Part shown: in pieces, positions 41,888 through 56,271 of the stretch | How the letters are laid out: each line of letters starts with the position of its first letter | Numbering within the stretch: position 1 is the first letter of the stretch | Source: Octopus vulgaris | Lineage: Eukaryota | DNA length: 64,000 bases | NCBI GenBank assembly: GCA_951406725.2 | Contig: OX597819.1 | Location: 92,256,001 to 92,320,000 of the forward strand | Reading direction: 5' to 3' | The notes under the pieces: model-generated | Told to the model about the DNA's origin: nothing | Databases searched by the model: none | What the model saw: the letters and a program-made list of their open reading frames with translations, nothing else | Program-made: the position numbers and the translations under genes

Positions 41888-43735
41888 GTTTCTTTGTTTG
41901 TTCGTATGTGTATATGTATGTCTTTAATCAGTTTATTTGAAGATTTCTCGCCAATAGAGAAAGAAACGGTTTCTCTCCTAGATCCAAGGTTTCTTCATTG
42001 GAATTTCAACATCAACAACGTGGTAATCTTGCTTGCTTGTATGTATGTATGTACTACGTTTTAAACTGGTTCTCACTAAGAGACTTAAATCCTATACTAA
42101 ACTCCTATTTTAGCGCACATTTCGCTTTTATTTACATTTCTTAATAGTCATTTTCATTTAAAGAAAAAGAAAATCAAACAATAGGCTAACAAACAAATCT
42201 TTGCTTCCATTAAATATATCTTATATATTCAATTTACTTCGAAATCTTCTAATGATCTCCTCCATGCTCGATTGCTTCCGATCCTCTTAAGATACTTGTT
42301 TGGATAAATCTACGTTTGAGCAAGATTTTGTTCTCATACTTAATTGGCTCAAAGAATTAGCAAAGCAACGCGATATCTGTCACAAATGAGTACTACCACC
42401 ACCATCATCATCGCTGCTTTCACAACGAACAACACTAATAACTTCTCTAATATAACACTTTTTAAAAATATATTTTAAAGGTCATGTTCTGCTAATCTTG
42501 TTAAGATGAACGCTCTCTTTCATTTACATTTCATCGGCAGTAATAAATAGGGGCGATTCAAAGATTGATCTGACTTTGATGTTAGCACGCTGGAACACGT
42601 ACACGTGAGTATTTGTGTGTATGTACACATATATACATACTTGCATGAATACATTCATACACAAGCACGTGCACGCAGACACGTATTTGTTTACGGATGC
42701 ACATACACACACACATATAGATGTGTGTATGTGTGTGTATATATATGGGTGTGTAAGTGCGTACGTGTATGCTATATATATATCTTTTATGTATATATAC
42801 GCAAAAATATACCATTTATATGTATATATATATATATATATACACATATACTCATGCACACACACATATGTATATATGTATGTATATATATATGCATGTA
42901 CGTGTGTGTATATATACATATATGTGAGTATATGTATATATATATACATACATGTGTGTGAGTGTGTGTGTATGTGTGTGTGTATACATAAATCGAAAAT
43001 GAGTGATAGAAGTGAAAAGTTATAGAATGGGTAGAGGGATGGGAAAAGAGAGAAGGAAAAGAGAGAAAGGAGAGAGAGAGAGAAACAAAAATACAGTAAA
43101 AGAAGGATAGAAAAAGAAAAGCTAGTAGAAATTAAACGAGATATTTTTATGGTACTTGCTCCAGAAAAAAAAAATCAAAATGGAAAGTTCGTCGCTACCA
43201 CCACCGCTCCAACATTACAGAAACAACAGCAACAACGACGGTGTCAACAACTATAGCTAGCAATAAACCACAAGAAAGGTCATTGAACAACTACTAAATA
43301 GGCTTAAGTACTTTAACTAAAGAATATATTTGAACACGACTATCAATCGGAATAAGGCTTGAAGAAGATGCTATCAGAAAGAAGAAAAAAAAATAAAACA
43401 CCTCTCTAGAGGTGGATGGTGCTGGCATTCACTTCGTGTCGAGTGTGAGTATTAATTCAAATGCTGGTTAATACATAATACATTGCAACGAAAGCCACCA
43501 GTTATTGTTTGAAAATACACCGAAAAACTTGCCTGTAGTGCACTTTAATCATTAGTTTGTTCGGCTAAGGTTAATCTGAAGTCAAACGAGAGAAAAAAAA
43601 ATATATTAATTTTGTTTACTTATCGCAGATGAGCCAGCATTTCGACAGTGCTCTCTCTTCTGCACTCTATCCTTTGTTTATACCTCTCCCTTTCTTCTAT
43701 TCCTCCCCCACTTCCTTGCCTTTCACTGTGTGTTG

Positions 43736-43964
<229 letters not shown>

Positions 43965-44698
43965 TATGTATATATCTATACATTTATCTATCTAGCTAGC
44001 TAGCTGTCTGTCTCTTTGTCTATCTATTTATATATATGTATGTATGTATATATACCGTATTTGTAGTGTGCATTTATGTGTATTTGGCTGTGTACATGTT
44101 TCTGTTTGTGAGAGTAAGAGAGAGAGAGAGAGAGAAAAACAGAGAGTGTGAGGAGGGATGTCTGTTAGTCTACTTCATACCAACTCTCCATTGTGAGAGA
44201 AACGATAAAGGTTTTAAGTGTTCTGAAGAAGTAAATCCACATTCAAGCATACGCACGCGCGCGTGCACATACAGACATATATACACATATATATATACAT
44301 ATGTGTGTGTGTGCGTGAGTTTATGTATATATATGCATGTGTGTATATGTATATATAAATATATAGATAAATACGCAAATGCACACATGCATATACATAT
44401 ATGTATATGGATGTATATGCCTGTATACATAATTGTACATACACACACGCACTTATATATGTGTGTGTATGTGTGTGTGTGTGCATGAGTGTATGTTAGA
44501 TGTCTATAAGTTAAACGTTGTTTCGTACATGTAATTATCTCATATACACTCATACACATACATATACTTATATAAACATACACAACACACAAATACATAT
44601 ACTCACAAATAAATAAGCCTACGCCTATATGAACATTCATTTTTGTTTGTGTGCATAAATGCACGCATGTATGTAATGTATGTATGTATGTATGTATG

Positions 44699-44729
<31 letters not shown>

Positions 44730-46114
44730 TGTATGTATGTAATGTATGTATGTATGTATGTATGTATGTATGTATGGGTGGATGGATGCTGTGTGTAGAC
44801 TGGTAGGTGCGACCAGTACTTGAAGTTAAGGAACGTAAAATCTAAGAGGCTTATATTTAACTTACATTTAAGAACTCAATACACGCAGACAAAAAAAAAT
44901 ATTCGATAAGAGCTTTTTATAGAATTGCCAAACAAAATAAAAGTAAAGAATGAAAAGCCATTTCTACCTCTAAGCACCCACTCATCCTTTTAATCAGTCA
45001 CATATATCCAAGTACACAGATGTAACTCTGCTCTGTATGCACAAACATTTAAGTGCAATTACACATGGGCATACGGGAAACACTGTCATCCTCTTACACT
45101 TATACAAATGAAGTGTTTAATAAAAATGATTATATTAGATTGGAACAGTGTTGTTGATAATGCTCCAAGGCATTCGAGAAGACTATGATGGTTCTTACAA
45201 ATTTTTTTATATCTTTAGATTTGGAAACACTAGCGATAAGTACAGTAATTACTTGACCCTACTAGAAAACCATTACGTAGTTACTTGTGTTGTTAAAAAT
45301 AACAAACAAAGGTATGAATTTGGCTGGAGTGTTTTAATGATAAGTAGTCTCAATTAGGATTCATCTGGGTGTTAAAAGAACTACGTTAACAACATTAATG
45401 AATTAAGCACCGTTGAAGATGTTTGACTTTGGGCATGCCTTAATGAGTTATACGTTGGATCACAATTTGCAGTAGTGTGTGTGTCAAGGGTTACTTTTTT
45501 GGTGTGGACCTTTGATTTCAAGCGATATCAAATCGCATGACAGGAAACTGAACGTCCATCGTTGTCTTCTCTTGTCACTGTTTTAGAAAGATTCTGCCAA
45601 TGTATGTAAGCATACATGTATGTATTGATGTTTTCCCGTCTAGTTATATTAGAAATTGTTTTACATTAAGCAGTAAGAATATTCAATCATTCTTAAGTAA
45701 TCATTTATTGAAGACCAAGCAGGTTGAAACTTCTAAGTCACAGTCAAATGTCATCACAATTCTTGCAAAAGAATTATCAATATGTATATGCGTATGTATA
45801 TATGTATATATATACTTTCTACTCATATAAATGATAACGATAGTCACTGTGATTTGAATAATTAGCTTTACGTCCACCCCACTTCAATAGCGAAATTCTT
45901 TCCTAAGCCTTCGAACATTCTTTCAATCAACGCACCCTTCCCTCTCCACTTGTTCCCTACATATTATTCCTTTAACCCTTCTCTTCCTACTATCTATCTT
46001 TGACGTCAATTCTTCTAACGGTTTTTTAAAAAAAAACACTCATTATCGTTTTGTTTACCATGTAGGCAGTCATCGAAATTTTTGTTTGTCTTGTTGTCGA
46101 GAGAGGCTCCCTTT

Positions 46115-46196
46115 CTTTCGTGATGAGAAGATTGCATAATGCACCCTTTATTCCTTTGGAATGAAAACATGTTGTCTTCGAAACATATGTCGAGAG
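46115..46196 (+). ncRNA. Type I hammerhead with C3 mutated (probably decayed)
   Basis: ctttc-GTGATGA-gaagat...gtcttc-GAAA-catatg-TC-gagag. It lies in a microsatellite-flanked block (~45830-46390). Confidence 0.7.
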
Positions 46197-46388
46197 TAAA
46201 GGAATTTTGTTAACATCTTCGTTCGACTCCATTCTTTCATTTATTCATATACAACACACAAATTTCTGCACATGAACCCGGAGTTTCTACCCTTGGACAG
46301 GTCGCTTCAACCGTGTTTCTGACGTGGATTTGCTACCCAGGTTTCGGTTAAACGAATTTTCCATGCTGACGACAAACATAGGATAATT

Positions 46389-46473
<85 letters not shown>

Positions 46474-46582
46474 TTATCTGTAAATGTAATATGTGACAAT
46501 TATTCGGTTACATTTACACATAAATTCCTCTATTTACATTACATCGAGGTCTCTTTCTTTTGTTGTCTTACCATTTTTATCA

Positions 46583-46622
<40 letters not shown>

Positions 46623-47214
46623 GTGCACACATACATACACAAATATATATATATACGACATTGAACTTTCCTAACTATCGAAATCTTGATTGGAGCAAAT
46701 TCCTCTCGTGTTTCGAAATGCCTTTGGCGAAACTGGACGTTGGGATCCATAGCTACATAATATATGTTTACATCAATAATTCGGATATGAGTTAGGCACC
46801 AGTAGACTAGTTTGATCTTGAGTCACTAAACAATAGTGGTATTATTCAGTAGTTCTCTTTACTGACATAATGGTTTGCTCGATATTGCTATTTTTAGTTA
46901 AAAATAGGATTCAAGAAGCAGCAATTGTTGTTGCAATCTGTAGGGAGACCGACAATAAGATTTATGTTGTATGGTTCAGTGCTATACTATTCCGAGTTCA
47001 AATTCCACAGATCAATAAAACTTTGTCTTTCTCACTTCTAATATCAATAAAATAAATTTCCCATAGTATATTGTGTTTGTGTCATTATTTTAGCTGCAGA
47101 AAGACTAAACCAGTAACGTGGCGTTTGTTTTATAAAGTAGCATCAGATTTAATTGTATTGAAAGTCTCTCTTACATGAGAGATTTCACTTTGCCACCACA
47201 TAATCTCAATTCGG

Positions 47215-47251
<37 letters not shown>

Positions 47252-47289
47252 CATATGTATGTATGTATAGAATATTTTATGGTATAGAA

Positions 47290-48800
47290 TATTTATTCCA
47301 TATTAGTTTGGCCTGAAAATAGGAAGTGTGTCCATGGTCTTCCGGGACTTGGTAGACCAATATTGCTATCGTTTCGCTTACAGTGTTGCAGGTCGACGAC
47401 AGCAAGAATTACAAGTACAGGAGATGTAGTGAGTCGTATTTCAGAGGGCCATCGCCATGTGGTAGGGATTGTTATATGATATAAGGGATGAGATGAAGAA
47501 TGAGGGCCTGAGAGGAAATAGTACGAACTCCCCAGTTCCATGTAGCAGATAGCAATTGCAGTTGCTGTAAGAAAGACATATATAAGCGCGCGCATTCACA
47601 CATAAAAACAAAGAAGCAAACACACACATAATGTGAGACACTTACACGCACACACACATAATGTGAGGCACTTACACACACACACTATCATTCTCTCTCA
47701 CTGTCCTCGAGAGGTGGATAGTCTTTGTGGTTGACATCATGCCAATACGTCAAATCGTCTGTCTCTAAATATCGTCTACGAAAAGTATTGCAGCAGTACA
47801 TTCCCAGATTTTGAAGCAGTACTCCATTGTCGAACTGAAATGAGTTGTATAGAGGGACAGTAGTTATCAGGGACTGAAGCAGATAGTGGCTCTGAAGAAA
47901 AAGCACCGCTTTTGTGATCTTTGCTAAGAAAAATATATGCATGCACTACTAGAGATAGAGGGGCCTCACATTTGCAGTGATAGAGTGGACTCTATTTTTG
48001 CTGTACTTTAGCGACGTGAGGTGCGATATACCTTTCTTTCTATATACAGTATTTGCATCGTTTGTGAAGGGGACATGAATGGCCGGTTCACTATTAAATG
48101 TCTCTATCCGTGAGGTCGGTGAAAACTTGTATGTATTAAGGTCCCGGAAGCATAGATAATACGTAGATGTACAGGGAGTACTTGAATACGGTAACTGTTA
48201 GCGGACAATTCGATTAATGCAAAGTCAATGCTTGAGTTTGGAGGTAACAAAGTGAGAAAAGTATCAAGGGAGTTTAGAGCAATGATGTATCGGTCAGGTA
48301 ATTGTACATAAAATGATATTCATTAACGTAGTGAGGAACTAGCCAGCGAAATTCGGTTTCTGTACCGGCTACATCAGTATGGTGTTTGTGTCAGAGACAA
48401 GAAGAGCTTCGCCCATTGAATCAGCGACGATAATAGATTCGCAGAGAGGTGAGATAGATAATTGAATGCAGAAAAAATGTTTCGAGATAAGTAAAAGAAG
48501 TAGATATACTTGGGGAAGTATGAAAGAGAATTGTTGTACCATAGTATCTGGAAGTATTTAATGCTGATATCCAGATGAGAGCTGGATAACAAGGTAAGTA
48601 CAAGCTGTGTATGTGCAGATGTACTTTTCTGGGGAATTTTGACCAAAGAGTGTAGCCTGGTTCATAGATTAGATAGTTTTGAGTCTCAGAGAGCAATAGC
48701 ATTTGATACCAGCGTGTTAGTAAGGCATGATGTGAAGGTCTAAGTTAGATCAAAGCCTACGGGTGCTAGAAAAGAGGCGGTAGAATTGTCTAGCGCATTT
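47290..48800 (-). pseudogene. Decayed CR1/Zenon-like LINE
   Basis: Endonuclease remnant LLLSETQ...PGY (~48650-48700) and thumb remnant TMEYCCKIW (~47800-47830). Confidence 0.6.
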
Positions 48801-49199
48801 GTATTTAGTTTTTGATATCTAAGTTACCTTTAAAATGTGTCTATGCGTCCCGAGGTGACAATAAAGAACTCGTTGGGGCCTAGTATGAATAAGATTATGT
48901 AGTTCTGTTAAATCAAGTAGCATGATGGGTTTGACCGCTAGTATTGACCACTATATACAATAAGTTTACAACTGATGAATAGTGACCCAGCTTCAACAAA
49001 TTGTGTGTCTGTGAATGACAGGTGTGCGTGTGATGGGCGTGCGTGTGTGTGTGTGCATCCACAAATACTCTAAGTATTTAGTTACGATATTCAGTAAATA
49101 GTCAAGTATCAATTTGGTGAGCTGGAGGACATATTACTTTATACATTTTCGAAAAGTAATTTACGAAGAAAGAGAAATAAAATAGAAAGTAGAAAAACG

Positions 49200-49500
49200 T
49201 AAAGCGACTGTTGGACTCAATCCCAGATTATTTTTACAGATTTTTAATTTCATGAAAGAAGTAAGACAAAATGTCAATAGGAGTCAGTTAAAGAACAAAA
49301 GACGAGAATATGTGATGCTTTATCGATATCACTCCATTCGAAATAATATATAATATGGGTGGTATATATTTGGTATTTCAACTGGAAAAATGTTCACTTG
49401 AAGAGAATAACAAGTTGCATAATGCAAAATTTTTACTTTTCAAAAATCCCAATTCTAAAGGGTTGAAACAAACTCAAGCAACACCGGGTGATACTGCTAG
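49200..49500 (+). mobile_element. Helitron 3' end (a further 5'-like fragment follows at ~49590-49730)
   Basis: agcaacaccgggtgatactgctag|t matches the end at 21739. The start is uncertain. Confidence 0.6.
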
Positions 49501-50430
49501 TTAGAAATAAACATAAACAATTATTTATAAAAAAACCGTCTCGCTTATGTCGAAGACAATCTTTCGCTATTACAATAACATGCAACAATTTATATGTATA
49601 GAACTGAGAATGTGTGCCTATCTGTCTGTCTCTCTGTCTGTGTGAATACCTAAAACTTAAGAACTACACAACCAATTTCATTCAAATTTTACACATGCCT
49701 TACTTAGGGTCCTTGTAGTGTCATGAGCTCGCTCTGGGCGCTATTGGGCTCACTGTCCACGGCTACGAGACCACAGCGAGCGCTATGGCTCGGCTCGGCT
49801 CGGCTCGTTACTATAATTTATAAGTTTCTTTTGCATATTCCTAGTTTATGCATGTGTATGCAAATATAGTATTGGTTTATCCCATTTATGTTCACTAGAA
49901 ATTAAATAAAAATAGAATTTTGACATGTAGGAATATCCCCACCCCACTGTATAATACGAAAATTTTAATAGAGATAAAGCTTCAGTATATTAGCTAAAGA
50001 TTAATAAATTTGATATCTGAGAAAAATTTCAGATATCTGTCTTAAAGTATTCAGAAAAGCAAATTCAGATTACAGATGTAAGACGTGAGGTATTATTCCA
50101 TTTGAATATCCACATATTTATATTAAGAGTCTGATGATAAGCATATAGAAATATAAACCTGAAATATATAAAGGCAAATTCAAAGAGGCAATTGAGAATA
50201 TTATTCCATACCTGCAGCTGCGTCAGAAAAGTTTCAACGGGTTGTTGGGGTTCCTTTCTCCAGGTAAAATCCAGTAACGCGGCGTAACATGATGACAATT
50301 TGAACGCCACTTTTCTTTATTACCAACTAGGGGCTACATAGAGGGGACGCTACATACATTGGGGACATAGAACAACACGATTACATAAAAATGGAAGATG
50401 AATTTTGAAAATGATATTATGAATGTGATG

Positions 50431-51288
50431 CTAACGGCCCCATCTGCTAGCATCACTTACCTGTCCTTTAGTTATTAATCCCAAACAAATATGCTTTCCT
50501 CTCTCGAACGATTCTTCTAACTCCTTCACTGTCTCTTCATCCAGGTTCACCTTAGATATTCCCCAGTCCTTCTCTTTGCACCTTTCCACAAATTCCTCTA
50601 TTTGTTCCTTTGGGATTATTGCACATCTTTTCAGTCCCCTATCACACCATTGGTAGTCCGTTAAAGTCTCTTTTATTTCCTCTTTCCCTGAAATACATAG
50701 GGTGTAGGGCCTAGGTATATTTTTAGTATCTTGTTCGTATGCTTCTCTTTTTTGTTTTCTTGTTGGTGGGGAGTGGGTGGGTTCACTGTCTGCAGGGGAG
50801 GGGTGGGTCTCTGAGGGTGCGGGTGGTGTTGGGGTGGGCTGGGGTTCAACACTGCTTGGTTTTCTTCTTTTTCTTTTCCTCTTTTCCTTGACTTCATTCC
50901 ATTCTTTTGAATCCTCCTCCTCTTCTGTTGTCTCATTCTCCTCTGGTTTCCGCTCCTCTTCCACCTCTCTTTGAGGTTCTCTATCCATTTCTTTTGGTGG
51001 GGGAGGGCAGTTAGCTTTTATGTGGCCTCTCAGGCCACACTTGTAGCAACGAGGAGCTCTGCCCTCCACACACTTCTCCTCTGGTTTCTGCTCCTTTTCC
51101 GCCTCTCTTTGTGGTTCCGCATCCATATCCTTCTCTGGGAGAGGGCAGTTAGCTCTTATGTGGCCTCTCATGCCACACTTGTAGCAACGCGGAGCTCTGT
51201 CCTCCACCCACACTCTCATGATCACGCCTCCCATTCTGATATTCTCAGTTAGATTCTCTAGTACTGCATCCTCCGCTTGTACATTCAA
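50431..51288 (-). CDS. Retroelement ORF1/Gag-like protein with two CCHC zinc knuckles (N-terminus disrupted)
   Basis: CYKCGMRGHIRANC and CYKCGLRGHIKANC lie in a 46-aa (138-bp) duplication. They are followed by acidic, basic and Pro-rich tracts. Confidence 0.8.
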   Translation of the reverse strand: MNVQAEDAVLENLTENIRMGGVIMRVWVEDRAPRCYKCGMRGHIRANCPLPEKDMDAEPQREAEKEQKPEEKCVEGRAPRCYKCGLRGHIKANCPPPPKEMDREPQREVEEERKPEENETTEEEEDSKEWNEVKEKRKRKRRKPSSVEPQPTPTPPAPSETHPSPADSEPTHSPPTRKQKREAYEQDTKNIPRPYTLCISGKEEIKETLTDYQWCDRGLKRCAIIPKEQIEEFVERCKEKDWGISKVNLDEETVKELEESFERGKHICLGLITKGQVSDASRWGR

Positions 51289-51509
51289 GTCTAGCGTTGC
51301 GCCTCTCCAGCCTTCGATTTTTACGAAAAAAAAAAAAAAATTCGTCTCACCGCTCTGCTGCCAATTTCTACTGCCTGGTGCTTGTGCTTCGTTACTCTAC
51401 TCCCCGTTAAAAACGTCTCTGAAGGAGGTACGTTTTATATTTATGAGGGTTTTCACCTCAACTCTTTAACATAAACTGACCCCAATAGCTGCTAATATTT
51501 ACTCCATTT

Positions 51510-51743
51510 TGGCGGCGAGCTGGCAGAAACGTTAGCACGCCGGGCGAAATGCGTTGCCGTATTTCGTCTGCCGTTATGTTCTAAGTTCAATTTCCGCCGA
51601 GGTCGACTTTGCCTTTCATCCTTCCGGGGTCGATAAATTAAGTACCAGTTACGCACTGGGGTCGATGTAATCGACTTAATCCCTTTGTCTGTCCTTGTTT
51701 GTCTCCTCTGTGTTTAGCCCCTTGTGGGTAGTAAAGAAATAAT
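51510..51743 (+). mobile_element. tRNA-headed SINE family B, full length with 14-bp TSD
   Basis: TSD tatttactccattt at 51496-51509 and 51744-51757. Core gcctttcatccttccggggtcgataaa. Confidence 0.9.
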
Positions 51744-53011
51744 TATTTACTCCATTTCTTTTGATGTTATACGACGATTAGGTTGAAATAATTTCTTAAC
51801 GTCTTGGTTACCTGGGTAGAGTTTTTAATATTTTTCCTATTTTCTTTTCATGTAAAAATTTTGATGCGCCTTCTCCAATATGTTTGGTTAAAAGTCTGTC
51901 TGTTTTTCCTAAGACCTACGGTTTTGTTAACTCAGAAGGTCTCCAATTATTTCTAATACGAAGGATAACGAGGACAAATGAAATCCGTTTCAAATATATG
52001 TACTACCTTAGTAGTACGATTGGAACAAAAAAATGATTATATACTGAAAGCGGTGCGATCGGGTTTAACAGTAATTGGGTACTGAAAGAAGACGGGAAAA
52101 TGGTGTGAATGGATCCCACTGTTGATTGGTGACCAAAAGCTAAGGGTCGTCGCCTGAATGCCAATTGGTTAATGAATAAGAAGTAAATAATTGTGTATTT
52201 AATACCACATTATTCTGTTCTATGTAATCTTAGTTTTCTAATATTCTTCTCCAGTGTATAAGCAAAGTGTCAGTTTTGAAGTAACATAGATGAGATAGAC
52301 AGAATTGTTTGCACAGTTGGCAGCATGCTTACCAGCTTTTAGTCCGTCATTACGTTCCGAGTTCAAATTCAGTCGTCGCGTGTGTAGAAATGTGATTATA
52401 TTAGCAACCTTCTTAATAAAATATCATTTGAAGGTAAAAGCGTAAATAATTATTAACAAGAGAGAGGCTTGAAATTTAGTGGGTAATAACTGATTATGAA
52501 AGTTGTGTGTGTGTATGTCGGGGGGGGGGGGGGTGCTTGTGGGTGCGCGTGTGTATTTGTGTGTATGTGCCTTTAGGTGTGAATGTGTACGTGTATATGT
52601 CAGCATATGTGTGCGTGAGCGTGTGTATATGTATGCGTGTGTATAGAAAGGTCTGAGTCACAATTTCCGACCATGAATTTTCAGTTGATTAATTGATTAA
52701 ACTACGAGTCATTAAATTGTAATGGAAATATTTGAGTTTTCTCCAGACACATATCATCTTAACGTAATGCTCCTGAAGCTGAATCAGCATGCTAATGTAT
52801 GAAAAAAAAATTGAATCTTTGACGTAAAAATTCAGCCTATTGGACAGACTTCCAAACATTTTCTAGCTATTCAATATTTTCACCTGCTTTGGCTGATCAA
52901 GAGCCAGAAAAAAAAAGTCTTTCACTTCTGCTGCTAGGCATTGCGTTCGAAACCGGTACTTCGTACTTGAGAACCGTATTCCTTAAGAACTCTGCCGTAC
53001 AGTGTCTTCAT

Positions 53012-53042
<31 letters not shown>

Positions 53043-53104
53043 CATACATACATACATACATTCATATATACATACATACATACATACCATACATACATAC
53101 ATAT

Positions 53105-53980
53105 ACGTATGTATGTTTATCGTAGGCATTTATGGCATTTAGAACGATATCATCAATATTGTCTTAGGAAAATTCTTGGGATAAATTGGAAAACAGCCAT
53201 CAGTGATGTGGAGGTATTTAAGAGAAGTGGTAGAATGAAATGTAGAATCAATGAGTCTGCAAAGTCGTTTGAAGTGGGGTGGACATCTGGTAAGAATGAA
53301 TGATGAAAGAGTTCTCAAGTAACTTTTGTATGGTAGGAAACCAGCACATAAACCAGCACATGCTGGTTTCCTACCATCTCCCAGCTCACCTTACAGCTCA
53401 AAGACTACTTCAGTATTGCTCTGACACAGACAGGAATTTCAGCAATTGATTGGGAGAGGGAAGCACAAGAACGAAATGGATGAAGGGATTGTACAATGGT
53501 TGTTCGCGGTTTGAGAGAGAGAGAATGAAAACGAGAGGATTAAGAGAAAGCTTAGAAGAAATGAACCTGCGGAGAATGAGGGAGTTTTGCTACTTGTGTG
53601 TATTTGTGTGTGTGTGTGTGTGGCTTGTAGGAGGATGTACTTGAGCCATGTGGGCTTGGTCACCCATCAGAAAATTCACTGGAATCGACCTATGATAAAT
53701 TGTGATACGGCTATTGTTCACAACAGAACATGTGCAACCTGTGGAAAGGTTTGCCTCTCAATTCGGGGGTTTAAAAGGCATGTCAAAAAAAAAAAAAAAA
53801 GAAAACAGAGTTCATACCTGCTTCATCTCTAAGCCAGCAGAGCTGTGTATTATGCAATAGAATGTGCAAAACTTTCGCCGGACTGAAGAGTCATGCAGAG
53901 GCCTCACATTGCATCAACATTGACTCATTTCAATGATTCTTTCTAGCAATGGCTTTGCTCGTATACGAGAAAGCTGCTAT
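53105..53980 (+). pseudogene. RTE LINE 3' fragment
   Basis: HLERYHQYCLRKILGINW...WGGHLVRMNDER and C-terminal C2H2-like CVACRRMYLSHVGLVTHQKIH. Confidence 0.8.
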
Positions 53981-54050
53981 ATGTTGATTCGCTAGCTTTT
54001 GCACGCATTTTTTTCTCTCCTTCTTTCTATGTTTTTTTTTTCTCTGTGTA

Positions 54051-54088
54051 TCTTTCTGTTGAAGAGCGTAGGCTCGAAACGTTAAAGA
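54051..54088 (+). ncRNA. Minimal hammerhead variant (CUGUUGA) in a ~230-bp element (53985-54220)
   Basis: tcttt-CTGTTGA-agagcgtaggctc-GAAA-cg-TT-aaaga. The downstream ttcctgagcg is shared with the 24671 element. Confidence 0.6.
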
Positions 54089-54217
54089 CTTGTTTCATTT
54101 ATATTTCCTGAGCGCCATACTAATACAATTGTTTGTTTGTATTCCACCTGCCTTCGTCTTTTGTTTATTTCCGCAAACCTGCCTTCGTCTTTTGTCTATT
54201 TTCATAAAGCTTCCCGT

Positions 54218-54251
<34 letters not shown>

Positions 54252-54404
54252 TATATGCATACATACATACATATGTACATACATACACGCGCACATATAT
54301 TTAAATATATGAATATGGACTCTTCCGTCATGCACGACGTATAAAATGCTCGCAGTCCCTTGCTGAAGATCCCATACAAGTGATTTTTATGTATATAGTA
54401 ATCA

Positions 54405-54624
54405 TAGGTGTAGGAGTGGTTGTGTAGTAAGTATAGGCGTAGGAATGGCTGTGTGGTAAATTTGGCGTAAGAGTGGGTGTGTGGTAAGTAGCCTGCTTAC
54501 CAACCACACGGTTCCGGGTTCAGTCCCACTGCGTGGCACCTTGGGCAAGTGTCTTTTACTGTAGCCTCGGGCTGACCAGAGCCTTGTGAGTGGATTTGGT
54601 AGACGGAAACTGAAAGAAGCCGTC

Positions 54625-54668
<44 letters not shown>

Positions 54669-54918
54669 CTTTACTACCCACAAGGGGCTAAACATAGAGG
54701 GGACAAACAAGGACAGACAAAGGGATTAAGTCGATTACATCGACCCCAGTGCGTAACTGGTACTTAATTTATCGACCCCGAAAGGATGAAAGGCAAAGTC
54801 GACCTCGGCGGAATTTGAACCCAGAACACTTAACGGCAGACGAAATACGGCTACGCATTTCGCCCGACGTGCTAACGTTTCTATCAGCTCGCCGCCTTAT
54901 ATATATGTGTATGTGTGT

Positions 54919-54954
<36 letters not shown>

Positions 54955-55155
54955 TTGTGTGCCTGTGTTTGTCCCCTAACATCGCTTGACAACCGATGCT
55001 GGTGTATTTATGTCCCCGTAACTTAGCGGTTCGACAAAAGAGACTGAGAGAATAAGTACTAGGCTTACAAAGAATAAGTCCTGCGTTCAATTTGCTCGAC
55101 TAGAGGCAATGCTCCAGCATGGCCACAGTCAAATGACTGAAACAAGTAAAAGAGT
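54405..55155 (+). mobile_element. tRNA-headed SINE family C (CORE-like gcaccttgggcaagt; resembles octopus OK-type) with internal microsatellite
   Basis: B-box-like gggttcagtccc, CORE-like block, and tail aaatgactgaaacaagtaaaagagta. Confidence 0.85.
54666..54897 (-). mobile_element. SINE family B nested in the internal (TA)n of a family C SINE
   Basis: Close reverse complement of 51510-51743. Confidence 0.9.
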
Positions 55156-56233
55156 AAATTTCTGTGCTGTACAATAGCTCACTTCCTCTAACCATGAAAG
55201 CGACACAGCCTGTAGAGGTGCATTGTGTGCCACACGTCAGAAGTCGAATTGGTTGCCGACCAAACAAAATAAAATGTTTTGGACAAGAACAAATCAGACC
55301 GGCCCGTCTAGGAATCGAAACCACGATCTTTTGATCGTTAGTGGAACACTCTGACCACTAAGTCACATCCCTCTATATTTATATATGAATTAATAAAGTG
55401 GGAGAAGGTTGTAGTTATCTATATGGTATTTTGTATGTTTGCTTGAGATGATTAAACGTGACTGAGACTCGAAACAGGTAAAACAGGAATTACCAGAAAT
55501 TAAGTACAAAAACTAGAGATACGAAATTCTCTCGTAGTAATTGTAAGACGATAGAAAGCTGGTCACGTATGTAAGTAATATAAGCGCTAAGTTTGATTTT
55601 TCAATAAATTACACAATTCATATACAACTAAACTTTAAGTGTGGTTCTCTAGCAAATTTTTCGTACCCGATTTCCTTTAAGAAAATTGTTACTTATCGAG
55701 ATAAGTAGAATTAAATGTATAACATAATTCGTGCAGGACAATGTACTAAATTATAGCTCCGATGAACTCATGTGTCTGCACCTAGTCCACCCATGACATT
55801 TAGACATATAATTTATTTAGTGTCGTATCGGTAATGACTTTGTGAGGTTAATTACACTTTCAACAAAATATCATAGAGGAATTTTTGCAAGACGTTTCTA
55901 AAACCAGACATAAAATTCATTAGACATTTTGTTCATTATAATGATTTTTAATGCAAGTATTAGACTAAATAAATGTTGTATCAGAAATGTTATTAATATA
56001 AAATTGGCTTTAATTTTAGACTAGATTTTCAAAACAATAGGAAAACGAAGTAACGCATAGAAAAACGGAAGATTAGAAATATCTTGCAAATGTTCTAATA
56101 CAAAGAGAAATCAAATGAAGATCGTTCACTCTGCAGATCAGAGTCAACACATGAAAGATACGTATCTATGTCATTATTTCCTCAGTCTCTAGCATGTTTA
56201 CACATACAAATATATATATATATATATATATAT

Positions 56234-56269
<36 letters not shown>

Positions 56270-56271
<2 letters not shown>

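Larger units (their letters stand above)
50311..51960 (-). mobile_element. ORF1-only non-LTR retroelement (HAL1-like organisation)
   Basis: ORF1 is followed within 120 bp by a 3' tail matching SINE family B, with no ORF2. The 5' boundary is approximate and the element is interrupted by a SINE. Confidence 0.6.

Noticed and set aside
43400-43650. Non-repetitive island that could be an exon or enhancer (also ~11540-11740, ~44160-44250)
   Set aside because: No convincing ORF or splice-site pair, and conservation cannot be assessed from this window.
53330-53377. Perfect 17-bp inverted repeat inside the RTE relic
   Set aside because: Most simply a local templated repair scar; no second copy is seen.
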